A DNA stretch of 64,000 nucleotides from an uncultured Pseudomonadota bacterium (GCA_963762525.1 CAVXKT010000007.1:21303-85302); one strand, 5' to 3'. Shown: positions 19,494-30,186, counted from the first letter of the stretch. Program-made: numbers and translations. The notes: a model not told the origin generated them from the letters alone.

Positions 19494-19865
19494 CTGCGGT
19501 GCTGGTTTGGATGGGCGGTCCGGGCGACGCTGCTGGTCGGCCCGGGGCTGCTGCTCGCGCCGGTCTCGGCCGGCGCGCAGGAGAGCGGGCGGCTGCTGGC
19601 AACGTCCGGGGTCAGCCAGATCGAGGGCGCGGGCGGCGGCGGGCTGACGGCCGTGGGCGCTCATCACCGGCTAAGGCACGCGGGACGCCGTCGGCGCCAA
19701 CACGCATTACACATTCGTCCATCTCCCCGACTTCACGCTGCAATCCACCGGCGCGAGCGTCGGCCTGTATGACCGGGTCGAGCTGTCCTACGCGCATTAG
19801 TCGTTCGACACCGGCGAGGCGGGCGCGCGTCTCGGCTTGGGGCGCGGCTATCAATTCCATTTCGA
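19494..19865 (+). pseudogene. DUF3034-like gene remnant (frameshift, two in-frame stops, 3' truncation)
   Basis: LRCWFGWAVRATLLVGPGLLLAPVSAGAQESGRLLATSGVSQIEGAGGGGLT, then after a shift PWALITG*GTRDAVGANTHYTFVHLPDFTLQSTGASVGLYDRVELSYAH*SFDTGEAGARLGLGRGYQFHFD. TAA at 19672-19674 and TAG at 19799-19801. Family assignment is from memory of DUF3034. Confidence 0.55.
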
Positions 19866-19868
19866 CGG

Positions 19869-21208
19869 TTGGCGGCATCCCTGTGCCTGTTCGGCCCGGA
19901 TGAGCGCCTGGCGGTCGCCAACCGCCGCTTCGCCGAGATGTTCAGCCAGCCGGAGGCGGGCGCCTCGCCCGAGCAGGTGCTGAGCGCGTGTCGGGCTGGA
20001 AGCCCTGCTCGCCGGCACCGTTGGCGGCGGGGCGGCGGCCTTCTCCTGCGACCTGCCGGACGGGCGCGCCATCGCGGTCTCGCAGCGCCCGATGGCGGGC
20101 GGGGGTTGGGTTGCGACGTACGAGGACGTCACCGAACGCCGGGCGGCGGAGGCGCGGCTCTCGCACACGGCCCGCCATGACATGCTGACCGGGCTGCCGA
20201 ACCGACTGCTGTTCAGCGAGTACATGCCGCAGGCTCTGGCCCGGGCGCGTCGCACCGGCGGCCTCGCGGTGCTGTGCCTCGACCTCGATCGCTTCAAGGC
20301 GGTGAACGACGCGCTCGGCCATGCGGCGGGCGATGCGCTGTTGCAGGCGGTGGCGCAGCGGCTGCGCGACTGCAGCCGTGAGAGCGATCTCATCGTGCGC
20401 TTGGGAGGCAACGAGTTCGCGATCGTGCAGGAGGCGGCGACCCAGCCGACCGAGGCGACCGCCCTGGGGCGGCGACTGGTCGAGACCCTCGCCGCCCCGT
20501 TCGATTTGGACGGTCAGCCGGTGGTGATCGGCACCAGCGTGGGTATCGCCATGTCCGATCACGGCTCGGCGCGGCCCGAGACATTGCTGAAATGCGCCGA
20601 CCTCGCGCTGTATCGCGCCAAGGCGGAAGGCCAGGGGACCTACCGTTTTTTTGAGACCGAGATGGATACGCGGATGCAGATGCGGCGCGCGCTCGAGCTC
20701 GACCCCCGTCGTGCGCTCGCCGAAGAGCAGTTCGAGCTGTTCTACCAGCCGCTCGTGAAGGCTGATGGCGGCGGCATCACCGGCTTCGAGGCGTTGCTCC
20801 GCTGGCGCCATCCCGAGCGGGGGCGGGTGAGCCCGGCGGTCTTCATCCCGCTGGCCGAGGAGATCGGCCTGATCGGCGCCATCGGCTCCCTGGTGCTGCA
20901 CCGCGCCTGCGCCGACGCCGCCTCGTGGCCGGGCGCGCTGAAGGTCGCCGTTAACCTCTCGCCCGAGCAATTCCGCCGCCGCGTGCTGGTTGACCATCGT
21001 GCGCGCGGTGATCGGCTTGGGCCGTTCGCTGGGGATGGCGGTCAACGCCGAAGGGGTAGAGACGCCGGAGCAGCTTGCTGCGCTGCAAGCGGAAGGCTGC
21101 GGCGAGTTGCAGGGCTATCTGTTCAGCCAACCCAAGCCCGGCTGCGAAGTCGAAGCGATGCTGGCGGCCGGCTCGCCGAGGCCGATCGCGACCGCCGCGG
21201 CGGCGTAG
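19869..21208 (+). pseudogene. PAS-GGDEF-EAL signalling protein remnant (5' truncated, frameshift near 19988, internal deletion in the EAL domain near 20990)
   Basis: PAS-like CLFGPDERLAVANRRFAEMF...GGWVATYEDVTERR. Degenerate GGDEF (RLGGNEFAIV). EAL start FELFYQPLV...GFEALLRW...[13 protein letters not shown] then jumps frame directly to [28 protein letters not shown]...QGYLFSQP. The EITE and DDFGTGYSS segments are absent. Confidence 0.75.
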
Positions 21209-21305
21209 TGCCTGCGGCTGATTGCCGTGTGGCGACCTCCTGCCCACCCGGGCAGTAGTCGCGGCCCGTTGGCGTGCGCAGATTCGGGCCATGAAGGAGG
21301 CCCGC

Positions 21306-22191
21306 ATGTCCGACCCCGCATCATCATCATCGCTGCAAACCCTCTCGGCCGAACTGGCTCGCCTCGTCGCCGACGCCGCCGCGAGCGTGCTCGCCGTGCA
21401 CTCGCACCGTTCGCACGCGAGCGGCTTCGTCTGGCGACCCGGCCTGGTCGTCACCGCCGATGACCCGCTCGCGGAGGAGGGCGAGGTTGCCGTCAAACTG
21501 CCGGGCGGCGAGACCAAATCGGCGACGCTCGCCGGGCGCGACTCCGACCACCGACATCGCCCTGCTGCGGGTGGCCGATCTCGCGCCGGCGCCGTTGAGG
21601 CTGGCAACGACGCCGCTTGAACCGGGGGCGCTGGCGCTGGCCGTTGGGTCCCGCGATGGCGCGGCGCTCGCCGCGTTCGGCGCCGTATCGCTCGCCGGGC
21701 CGGCCTGGCGAAGCCTGCGCGGCGGCGACATCGATGCGCGGCTCGAGCTCGATTTGCGGCTACCTCGCCGCGCCGAGGGCGGGGTGGCGGTTGACGCCGC
21801 CGGCAGGGTGTTCGGGATGACGGTGTTCGGGCCGCGTCGGCGGGTGCTGGTCATTCCCGCCGCCACCATCGAGCGGGTCGCCGCCAAGCTGGAAACGCAT
21901 GGTCGCATCGCCCGCGGATATCTGGGGCTCGGCTTGCAGACGGTTCGAATTGCCCAGGGCGAGAGCGGCGTGATGGTGATGAGCGTCGATCCCGACGGCC
22001 CTGGTAAGGCCGCCGACATCCGGCAAGGCGATATCATCGTCGCCGGCGAGGGCCAGCCGATGCGCAACGTGCAGATGCTGATCCGCACGCTCGGCCCGGA
22101 CAGCCCCGGCACGACGGTCACTCTTTCGCTGCGGCGCGGCGGCGCGCCGGTGGAAGCGCGGATCACCATTGGCGAGAGGGCGCGGGCTTGA
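21306..22191 (+). pseudogene. HtrA/DegP-like trypsin-fold protein with PDZ domain, lacking catalytic His and Ser; 1-nt frame change near 21543
   Basis: AAGGAGG at 21294-21300 precedes ATG 21306. ASGFVWRPGLVVTADDPL stands where TNxHV is expected. TDIALLRV (Asp) is present. RRAEGGVAVDAAGRVFG stands where GNSGGP is expected. PDZ-like region GVMVMSVDPDGPGKAADIRQGDIIV. Confidence 0.7.
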
Positions 22192-22556
22192 CCGAGGAAG
22201 GCTCGGAGCTCGTGATCGCCATTGCGATCGACCGGCCGGAACTTGCCGATCGCGTCTCCAAGCTGCTGGCCGGCTTGCCGGGGATCCGGCTGGCGGGCGC
22301 CGATGAGCCGTCCGATCTCGCCCTGGTCGCCACCCGGGGCGAACTCGGAGGCGCGGAGACCGGGCTGACAAGGCGCGAGCGGGAGGTCCTCACCCTGCTC
22401 GCGGAGGGCGCATCGAACAAGACGATCGCCCGCCGGCTGGGGATTTCGGCCCATACCGTCAAATTCCATGTCGGATCATTGATCGACAAGCTGGATGCGA
22501 CCGGGCGCACCGATGCGGTGGCGCACGCCGCCCGTATCGGTGTCATTCATCTCTAG
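22188..22556 (+). CDS. Small LuxR/GerE-type HTH regulator with a truncated receiver-like N-terminus
   Basis: TTG start overlaps the upstream stop. C-terminal LTRREREVLTLLAEGASNKTIARRLGISAHTVKFHVGSLIDKL. The N-terminal ~55 aa resembles only beta1-beta3 of a REC domain. Confidence 0.75.
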   Translation: MTEEGSELVIAIAIDRPELADRVSKLLAGLPGIRLAGADEPSDLALVATRGELGGAETGLTRREREVLTLLAEGASNKTIARRLGISAHTVKFHVGSLIDKLDATGRTDAVAHAARIGVIHL

Positions 22557-22607
22557 AGGATGCCGCCGGATGTGGGCGACGGACGGGGTGCTGGCCCTGC
22601 TCGCCGC

Positions 22608-23879
22608 TCAGTAAACCTCGAAATACCGCCGGCACAAGTCCGCCGCGCCGAGTGCGGCGACATGCGCCGCTTCCGAGCGCTTGTGCCGCAGATAGGCCTC
22701 GAAGAACACGGGTCCGAACCAGTCGCGCACTGCGCTTGCCTCCATCGCGTCGAGCGCCGCCGATAGCGACCGCGGCAGCGCCTGCTTCTCGCTCTCGGGC
22801 GCGGGAAGGGACAGCCCCCGACGCAGCCCGTCGGCGCCGGCGAAGATCACCGCCCCCAGGGCCAGATAGGGGCTGGCGGCGGCGTCGCAGACCCGGAACT
22901 CGAGATTGAACTGCGCCGCCGTCTCGCGCGGATCGGCGGCGCCGAACACCGGGCAAACGCGCAGCGCCGCGCCGCGGTCCTGCCGGACGATGTCGATCGC
23001 CGTCGGCGCCCAGCGATTCGGCGTGAGGCGGAGATAGGAAACCGGAGAGGGCGCCGTGATCGCCGCAATCGTCGGCAAATGATGCAGGATTCCGGCCGCG
23101 AAGGCGGCCGCGGCCTCGCTGAGCCCCAACGTGCCGGCGGGGTCGTGCGTGGCGGGCCGGTCGTCTTTATCGCGTAGGCTCATGTGGATATGCACGCCGT
23201 TGCCGACACCCTCAGGCGCGGGCATGGGCGAGAAGACGGCGCGATGCCCGAGGCGATGCGCGGCGGCGCGCGCCATCTCGCGCGTGATCACCGCCTGATC
23301 GGCGGCCCGCAGCGCCGGGGCGGGCGCCACTGTCACCTCGAACTGGCGCACGCCATATTCGGCGAGGAACGAATCGGGCGCGACGCCCGCCTCCCGCAGC
23401 GCGGCGACGAAGCTCTCGCCGAACACGCCCTGGCGGCGGAAGGCGCCGAGCGCGTAGGCGTCACCCGGCCGATCCTCGTTGCCGGTGTAGACGAATTCCT
23501 GCTCGAAGGCGGCGAGCAGGCTCCATCCGCCGGCCGCGCGCAGGGCGGCCACGGCGCAGCGGAGGAATTCGCGCGGGCAGCACTCCCACGGAGAGCCGTC
23601 GGTATTTCGGATGTTGCCGAGGAAAAAGTGCTCCGCCGCCGAGCCGTCGGCGAAATCGACGTGCACCTCGGCGTCCGGATCGGGCACGATCATCAGGTCG
23701 CCGCCGGTGCCGAAGGGCGAATCGAGGATCGGACCGAACGCAGTCTGCATCAGGTTCGAATGCGTCCAGCCCACCCCCTTGTGCCGCCGGGTCTCCCAGG
23801 CGCTGGCGGGGAAGCCCTTCCCGCGCACATGCCCGGCGATGTCGCAGGTGCCGACGAAAACCAGTTCCTCGCGCAACAT
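22608..23879 (-). CDS. Glutamine synthetase family protein (GlnA-like catalytic domain; gamma-glutamyl-amine ligase candidate)
   Basis: 423 aa. GS catalytic-domain pattern ...QFEVTV...GNGVHIHMSL...YLRLTPNRWAP...NLEFRVCDAAASPYLALG. Confidence 0.75.
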   Translation of the reverse strand: MLREELVFVGTCDIAGHVRGKGFPASAWETRRHKGVGWTHSNLMQTAFGPILDSPFGTGGDLMIVPDPDAEVHVDFADGSAAEHFFLGNIRNTDGSPWECCPREFLRCAVAALRAAGGWSLLAAFEQEFVYTGNEDRPGDAYALGAFRRQGVFGESFVAALREAGVAPDSFLAEYGVRQFEVTVAPAPALRAADQAVITREMARAAAHRLGHRAVFSPMPAPEGVGNGVHIHMSLRDKDDRPATHDPAGTLGLSEAAAAFAAGILHHLPTIAAITAPSPVSYLRLTPNRWAPTAIDIVRQDRGAALRVCPVFGAADPRETAAQFNLEFRVCDAAASPYLALGAVIFAGADGLRRGLSLPAPESEKQALPRSLSAALDAMEASAVRDWFGPVFFEAYLRHKRSEAAHVAALGAADLCRRYFEVY

Positions 23880-23913
23880 GATCCCCTCCGCAAAACTGCG
23901 TCGAACCTAACGG

Positions 23914-23943
23914 GTAGGGCGGAAAAGCGAAGCGTATTCCGCC
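23914..23943. repeat. Second copy of the REP-like hairpin gtagggcggaaaagcgaagcgtattccgcc
   Basis: Stem ggcggaa (23918-23924) pairs with ttccgcc (23937-23943). Shares the gtagggcgga(t/a)aagc head with 8298-8313. Confidence 0.5.
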
Positions 23944-24007
23944 GGGTCGGCAGAATTCGCCGAACGGCGGGATGCGCTGCGCTCCTGCCGCACTAAGGTG
24001 TTGAGAA

Positions 24008-24394
24008 GTGTCGGATCGACACCCCGAAGGCGGGCTGGCACGCTACAGCGAATATGGGCGGAGGTGGCAGGTGGGCGGACTTCGGCTAACATGCGGGACC
24101 TTGATCCTCGCTGCCGCGATCGCCGCCACCTCAGTTCGCGCTCAGCCCCGTATCGGCGAAGCGGATTTCGCGCGGTCGTTCGATGTCGGGGGCCGGAGCC
24201 TCTACCTCGAATGTCGAGGCCCGATTGGCCTCGTGCGACCGACGATCATCCTTGTTTCCGGCTATCACGACTCCTCCGATCCGTGGACCCGAGCGGATGT
24301 GCTGCCACCGTTGCCGCAAACGTCGGCCCGCCCGTGTTGCCGGGCTTGGCCCGCAAGGTTGGTGGTGGCGCTCGCAGTCGGGAGCCGCGAATAG
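24008..24394 (+). pseudogene. N-terminal fragment of a secreted alpha/beta-hydrolase-like protein, truncated at the pheT 3' end
   Basis: LRLTCGTLILAAAIAATSVRAQP (signal), then FDVGGRSLYLECRGPIGLVRPTIILVSGYHDSSDPW. The frame then degenerates and the sequence runs into the pheT stop at 24405. No nucleophile elbow or later hydrolase motifs remain. Confidence 0.45.
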
Positions 24395-24404
24395 CGCGGG
24401 CATT

Positions 24405-26848
24405 CTACCGGAGCACCGCCCCGGTCGCCTTCGCCACCGCCGCCACCACCCTGGCCGAAGCGGCGTCGATCTCGGCCTCCGTCAGCGTGTGTTCGCGCGG
24501 CTGGAATGTGACCTCGATCGCCAGCGACTTCTTGCCTGACGGCAGCCTTTCGCCCGCATAGACGTCGAACAGCCCGACGCCGGCGATCAGCGCGCGATCG
24601 GCCCCGCGAGCGGCGCGCAGCAGGGCGTCGGCGGCAACGCCCTCATCGACCAGGAAAGCGAAATCGCGCCGCACCGGCTGGAACGCCGGCAGATCAGGTG
24701 CGGCGCGGCGGCGGCGCTTGGGGTCGGGCACGGCATCGAGGAACAACTCGAACGCGCAGGTCCCCGCAAGATCGAGCGCGGACAACACCGCCGGATGCAG
24801 CTCGCCGAACGTGCCGAGCAGAATCTTCGCCCCTGCCGGACAATGCCGGACCGGCCCGGGTGGTAGAAGCCGGGCGCGTCGGCGGTAACGCTCAATGCAT
24901 CCATCGGCAGGCCCAGCGCCGCCAGTGCGGCATACAAGTCGGCCTTGGCGTCCATCGCATCGATGCCGCGCGCCGGCTTCGCCCAGTGGCGCAGTCCGCC
25001 GGCGCGCAGGCCGGCGGCGACCAGTTGTTGCGCATCGCCGAACGCCGGCCCGACCTCGAACAACCCAACATCGCGGCCAGCCGCGCGCAGCATTGCGCGC
25101 CGCTGCCAGCGCCAAGGTCGCGACCGGCGTCGGGCGCATCTGATCTAGGTCGGCGGCGATCGGGTTGGACAGCCGCAACGCCTCCGGCGCATTGCCGAAC
25201 AGCGCCGCCCGCCCGGCGTCCAGGAAGCTGAAGGTGACGCATTCGGCGAGCCCCTGCGCGGCAAGCACCCGTCGCGCCAGCGCCGCTCTTGTCTGGCCGG
25301 GGGTCAATACGGCGAGCGGCACCGGCGCGGCGCGCGGCAGCGACACCGGCGGGATCGCATCCAGTCCGCGCAGCCGCAGAATTCCTCGATCAGATCCGCC
25401 TCCGGCTCGATGACCGCGCATCCCTCCGCGGCGCGGCGCGCCACCTCCGGGGTAAGATCGGGAGATTGATCGAGCGCTACGCCGGGCGCAATGTCGTTGC
25501 GCCAGGACGGCACGGACACGGTCACCCGCTTCGCATCGCGTTCGCGCACCACGAAGCCGAGACGCTGCAACGCGTCCACCGCCTCATCTGGCGCCACATC
25601 GAGGCCGCCAAGCCCGGCAAGCCGCTCGAAGCGCAAGTCGGCATCGCGCTGCCATGAGGGCGCGGCGCCGGCCGCGACCACCGGCCCGGGCTCGCCGCCG
25701 CAAAGGTCGAGAATCATCCGCGTCGCCGCCTCGACCGCATCCGGCATGATCGCCGGATCGGTTCCGCGCTCAAAACGCTGGCGGGCGTCGGAGACGATCT
25801 GATGGCGTCGCCCGGTCAGCGCGACGCGAACCGGATCGAACAGTGCGCACTCGACAAACACCGTGCGCGTCGTCTCGTTGCAGCCGGTCGCCTCGCCGCC
25901 GATCACGCCGGCCATCGACTGCACGCCGGCGGCGTCGGCGATGACGCAATCCTCCGAACCGGGCGCATAATCCTTGCCGTCGAGCGCGCGGAAGCCTTCA
26001 CCATCTCCGCGTCGGAGCACCAGCTCGGAACCCGCCACCTTGTCGGCGTCGAAGACGTGCAGCGGGCGGCCGAGATCGACGGTGAAGAAATTCGTCACAT
26101 CAACCAGCGCGTTGATCGGACGCAGACCGATCGCGGTGAGGCGCTCGGCGAGCAAGGGGGAACTCGGGCCATTGCGCACGCCGCGAATGGTGCGGCCGAG
26201 AATCCACGGGCACGCCTCGGGCCAGTCGATCCGCCACCGCAGCCCGCCCTCGAATGCGGCGGCGACCGGTTCCGGCGCCCATGGCTTCAGTCGCCCGATT
26301 CCAGCGGCGGCCAAATCGCGGGCGATACCGCGCACCGAGAAGCAGTCGCCGCGATTGGGCGTGATCGCGACATCGAACAGCGGATCGCTGAGCCCCGCCC
26401 AGTCGGCATAAGGCGCACCGATCGGCGCATCCGCGGGCAGATCCATGATGCCCGAATGGTCCTCACCCAGCCCCATCTCGCGTGCCGACACCAGCATCCC
26501 GGCACTGACGACTCCCCTGATCTCGCCCGCCCTAAGTGTTGCTCCAGTGCCGGGGATGAAGCTGCCGGGTGCGGCGAACACGCCGATCATGCCGGTGCGT
26601 GCGTTCGGCGCACCGCACACCACATCGACCGGATTGCCGCCGGCATCGACCGTGCAGACGCGCAGCCGATCGGCGTTCGGGTGCGGCCGCGCCTCGATCA
26701 CGCGGGCGATGCGAAACGGCGCCAGAGGGGCGCCGCGATCGGCGATCCCCTCCAGCTCCAGCCCGATGCGGGTAAGCGTGGCGCCGATCCGCTGGGGCGG
26801 AGCATCGGTGTCGAGATGCCCGCGCAGCCATGAGAGGGTGAATTTCAT
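24405..26848 (-). pseudogene. pheT: Phenylalanine-tRNA ligase beta subunit PheT, three frame changes as sequenced (about 25381, 25078, 24834)
   Basis: MKFTLSWLRGHLDTDAPPQRIGATLTRIGLELEGI... (ORF 25304..26848). Continues as ILRLRGLDAIPPV...AAARNAARG (ORF 24405..25421), then DVGLFEVGPAFGD...FYHPGRSGIVRQG (ORF 24587..25093), then AKILLGTFGELHPAVL...ATGAVLR. Confidence 0.9.
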
Positions 26849-27909
26849 CGTCCGGCCGGCTCATGCAGCATCGGCGGGGCGAGCGGGTTGAAGCCGTAGT
26901 GGCGCAGCCAGCGAATGTCGGATTCGAAAAACGGCCGCAGGTCGGGAATGCCATGCTTCAGCATGGTGACCCGCTCGATCCCCATCCCGAAGGCGAAGCC
27001 CTGCCACTCGCGCGGATCGATCCCGACATTGGCCAGCACGCGCGGATGCACCATGCCGCTGCCAAGGATTTCGAGCCAATCGGAGCCCTTGCCGAGCTCG
27101 CCCGAGATGCGGTCCCAGCCGATGTCCACCTCCATGCTGGGCTCGGTGAACGGGAAGTAGCTGGCGCGGAAGCGCACCGGCAGATCGGCGATGCCGAAAA
27201 AGGCGCGCAGGAAGTCGACCAGACAGCCTTTGAGATGGCCCAGGGTTATGTCGCGATCGAGCGCCAGCCCCTCGCACTGGTGAAACATCGGCGAGTGCGT
27301 GGCGTCGTGATCGGCGCGATAGGTGCGACCCGGGACGATCACCCGAAACGGCAGCGCGCGGTCAAGCATCGCGCGCACCTGCACCGGCGAGGTGTGGGTG
27401 CGCAGCACCGGCGGCGCCCGGTTGCCTCGCGTGGGCAGATAGAACGTGTCCTGGTCCTCGCGCGCCGAATGATGCGCAGGCATGTTCAGCGCGCTAAAAT
27501 TGTGCCAATCGGATTCGATGTCGGGGCCCTCGGCGATCTCGAACCCGAGCGCACCGAAGATCGCCGCCATCTCCTCCATGGTGCGGCTGATCGGATGAAC
27601 GAGCCCGGCCGGGCCGGGTCGCGGCGGCAGCGTCGGATCGATGCGCTCGGAGGCGAGGCGCGCATCCAGCGCGGCGCGTTCAAGCTCGATTCGCCGAGCC
27701 TCGATCGCGGCGGTGAGCTCGTCGCGCAGACAGTTGAGCACCGCCCCGCGCGCGCGCCGCTCCTCGGGATCGGCCTTGCCGAGGTCACGCAGCAACGCGG
27801 TGAGCTTGCCGTTCCGGCCGAGCACCCCGACGCGCACCGCGTCCCATGCCCGTAGATCAGAGGCGGCGGCGAGTGCCGCGTCGGTTTCCGATCGAAGATC
27901 GTCGATCAT
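26845..27909 (-). CDS. pheS: Phenylalanine-tRNA ligase alpha subunit PheS
   Basis: 354 aa. Class II motifs (HPISRTMEE, FRVIVPGRTYRAD, GFAFGMGIERVTMLKHGI). 4-nt overlap with pheT. Confidence 0.95.
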   Translation of the reverse strand: MIDDLRSETDAALAAASDLRAWDAVRVGVLGRNGKLTALLRDLGKADPEERRARGAVLNCLRDELTAAIEARRIELERAALDARLASERIDPTLPPRPGPAGLVHPISRTMEEMAAIFGALGFEIAEGPDIESDWHNFSALNMPAHHSAREDQDTFYLPTRGNRAPPVLRTHTSPVQVRAMLDRALPFRVIVPGRTYRADHDATHSPMFHQCEGLALDRDITLGHLKGCLVDFLRAFFGIADLPVRFRASYFPFTEPSMEVDIGWDRISGELGKGSDWLEILGSGMVHPRVLANVGIDPREWQGFAFGMGIERVTMLKHGIPDLRPFFESDIRWLRHYGFNPLAPPMLHEPAGR

Positions 27910-27936
27910 CGGCGGCGCGCTGGCGATCGCACACCA

Positions 27937-28293
27937 CTATCCCAGCGCCGCCCGAGCCTTGTGCACGATTTCGGCGAAGGTCGCCAAATCGTCATAGGCG
28001 ATCGCCGCCAGCACCTTGCGGTCAATCTCGATGCCCGCCTTGTTCAGCCCGTCGATGAAGCGGCTGTAGGTCATGCCGTGCTCGCGCACGGCGGCGTTGA
28101 TGCGCTGAATCCACAGGCCGCGGAAGTCGCGCTTCTTGTTGCGCCGGTCGCGATAGGCGTATTGCAGCGACTTCTCCAGCCGCTCGATCGCGATCCGGTA
28201 GCTGGTCGAGGACCGGCCGACGAAGCCCTTCGATTGGGCGAGCACCTTCTTGTGGCGGGCGTGCGTGGTGACGCCGCGTTTGACGCGAGCCAT
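27937..28293 (-). CDS. rplT: 50S ribosomal protein L20
   Basis: [51 protein letters not shown]..., 118 aa. Confidence 0.97.
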   Translation of the reverse strand: MARVKRGVTTHARHKKVLAQSKGFVGRSSTSYRIAIERLEKSLQYAYRDRRNKKRDFRGLWIQRINAAVREHGMTYSRFIDGLNKAGIEIDRKVLAAIAYDDLATFAEIVHKARAALG

Positions 28294-28300
28294 TGTGTCC

Positions 28301-28504
28301 TCAATCCAGCCCGTAGGGCGCCCATTGCTTGATCGTGCGCGCGTCCATCGGCGACAGCGTCTGCATCCGCCGATTCGAACGCTTGGCCTTCTGCGTGCGC
28401 GCCGAGAGATTGTGGCGCTTGCCGCCCGGCCCGGCCCGGACCTTGCCGGTGGCGGTCAGCTTGAATCGCTTCTTGACCGAAGACTTGGTCTTCATCTTGG
28501 GCAT
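28301..28504 (-). CDS. rpmI: 50S ribosomal protein L35
   Basis: Internal ATG at 28504 gives [42 protein letters not shown]... Confidence 0.95.
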   Translation of the reverse strand: MPKMKTKSSVKKRFKLTATGKVRAGPGGKRHNLSARTQKAKRSNRRMQTLSPMDARTIKQWAPYGLD

Positions 28505-28587
28505 TTTCTTCTCCTTCTTGTCGGCGGCCCGAAACGGGCGGTCGCGGCCGGGCAATGCCCCCAAGGCCCGGGCGCGCGGATGCGGGC

Positions 28588-29046
28588 CTATACCGGCCCG
28601 ATATCGCCGGCGCAACCCGCGAGCGTTCTCCGTGCAATCGCGATCACGCGGTGCGCCTCGGTCCAGAGATCGAACCCGGCCAGCGCCTCGAGCGGCGCCC
28701 ATACCGCCTCGGTCACGTCCGTTCCGGCCACCGGCTCGCCGGCGCGCCAGCGCGCGGCGAAGTCGATGATGGTGTAATGATACTGCACGCGCCCGGCGGG
28801 ATCGGTGCGGATGTTGTCCACCTGCGCGGCCAGCGTCAGCTCGCCGACCGTCACCCCCGTTTCCTCCAGCAACTCGCGCCGCGCCGCTTCGCGTGCGGTC
28901 TCGCCGAGCTCCTGCGCGCCTCCCGGCAGCGTCCAGCTGCCAATGTTCGGCGGCTTGCCGCGCCGGACCAGCAGCACATGCCCGTCCTTCAGCACGACAA
29001 CTCCGATGCCGACGATCGGCCGCGCCGGGTATTCGCGGTCGCTCAT
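28588..29046 (-). CDS. Nudix hydrolase
   Basis: 152 aa. Nudix box [27 protein letters not shown] overlap with the upstream ThDP beta subunit. Confidence 0.85.
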   Translation of the reverse strand: MSDREYPARPIVGIGVVVLKDGHVLLVRRGKPPNIGSWTLPGGAQELGETAREAARRELLEETGVTVGELTLAAQVDNIRTDPAGRVQYHYTIIDFAARWRAGEPVAGTDVTEAVWAPLEALAGFDLWTEAHRVIAIARRTLAGCAGDIGPV

Positions 29047-29654
29047 GCCCCCGCGGCGTTCAGGGCGGCGCGGAAGCGGTCGCGGGCGATATGCGGAAAG
29101 AGATTGCGCGGGCCGCGCAGCGGCGGCCCCTCCGTGACACGCAGCAGGATGAAGGCGAGGCCGTCCGCATTCAGCAGTCGTCGACCTTCCGCCAGATCGT
29201 GTTCGGTGTTGACGGCATGGACCACCGGAAAGCCCGCGCCGGCGGCAATTTTGTCGAGCTCGACGCCGAGGCCGGTATGGCTCTCCTGGTTGCCGGTCTC
29301 GCCGTAGTGGCCGTTATCGACGCAGATGAGACGCAGATTGGGCGGGTTCAGCAGCGCTATGGTGGCCAGCGCACCGAGGTTCATCAGCAATTCGCCGTCG
29401 CCCATTACCGCCAGGATGCGCCGGCGCGGCTGCGCCAGAGCAAGGCCCAGACCGATCATCGGCGCGGCGCCCATAGCTCCGGCGAGCGGGAACAGGTTCG
29501 GCGCATCGTTGGTCATCGCGGACAGCTCCTGCCCCGTGCCGGCGAGCCCCGCCACGATCAGGAATTCATCCGGGCGCTCGAGAAGCGCCGGGACGGCTTG
29601 GCGGCGATCGAGTACCGGGTCTTGCGCCGCCGTCTGCATCCGGTTGAGCTTCAT
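29043..29654 (-). CDS. ThDP-dependent decarboxylase beta subunit (ComE sulfopyruvate/phosphonopyruvate decarboxylase-like, PP domain)
   Basis: 203 aa. ThDP motif [37 protein letters not shown]. Confidence 0.75.
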   Translation of the reverse strand: MKLNRMQTAAQDPVLDRRQAVPALLERPDEFLIVAGLAGTGQELSAMTNDAPNLFPLAGAMGAAPMIGLGLALAQPRRRILAVMGDGELLMNLGALATIALLNPPNLRLICVDNGHYGETGNQESHTGLGVELDKIAAGAGFPVVHAVNTEHDLAEGRRLLNADGLAFILLRVTEGPPLRGPRNLFPHIARDRFRAALNAAGA

Positions 29655-29664
29655 CGCCGGTTCC

Positions 29665-30186
29665 TCAGAACTTCTTCGCGCCGATCAGACGCTGCGTCAG
29701 CAGCACCGCGACCGCTTGGCCCGAGTGAAAGACCATGGTCAGGGCGGCGCTCACCGTCGGGATTACATCTTCGGCGCGTTCGGCGCGCAAACACGCGACG
29801 CCCATCACCTCCAGCACCGGGACAACGGCCCGGCCCATCGGGAACTGCCACGGATTTCCCTCGCCGAAATCGCCCCGCATGCTCACCAGGGTGAGGAACG
29901 GGAAGCGGGCACCGTTGATCAGCGACAGCATGTTGATGCAATTGCCGACGCCGGAGGATTGCATCAGCAGCACGCCGCGCGCACCGCCCAGATCGGCCCC
30001 GGCGAGCAGCGCCACGCCCTCCTCCTCGGTGGTCAGCGGCACCGAATAGGCATCCGGGTCGGCGAGCGCGCGGTCGATGAGCACGCGATGCCCGGCATCG
30101 GGCACATAGGCGAATTGCGTGATCTCGTTGTGCCGCAGCAGGTCGTAGAGGTCATGCGCCCAAGCGGGCTCGCTCGCGTCCATCAT
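29665..30186 (-). CDS. ThDP-dependent decarboxylase alpha subunit (ComD-like, PYR domain)
   Basis: 173 aa. VPDAGHRVLIDRA...TTEEEGVALLAGADLGGARGVLLMQSSGVGNCINML is typical of the N-terminal ThDP pyrimidine-binding domain. Confidence 0.75.
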   Translation of the reverse strand: MMDASEPAWAHDLYDLLRHNEITQFAYVPDAGHRVLIDRALADPDAYSVPLTTEEEGVALLAGADLGGARGVLLMQSSGVGNCINMLSLINGARFPFLTLVSMRGDFGEGNPWQFPMGRAVVPVLEVMGVACLRAERAEDVIPTVSAALTMVFHSGQAVAVLLTQRLIGAKKF

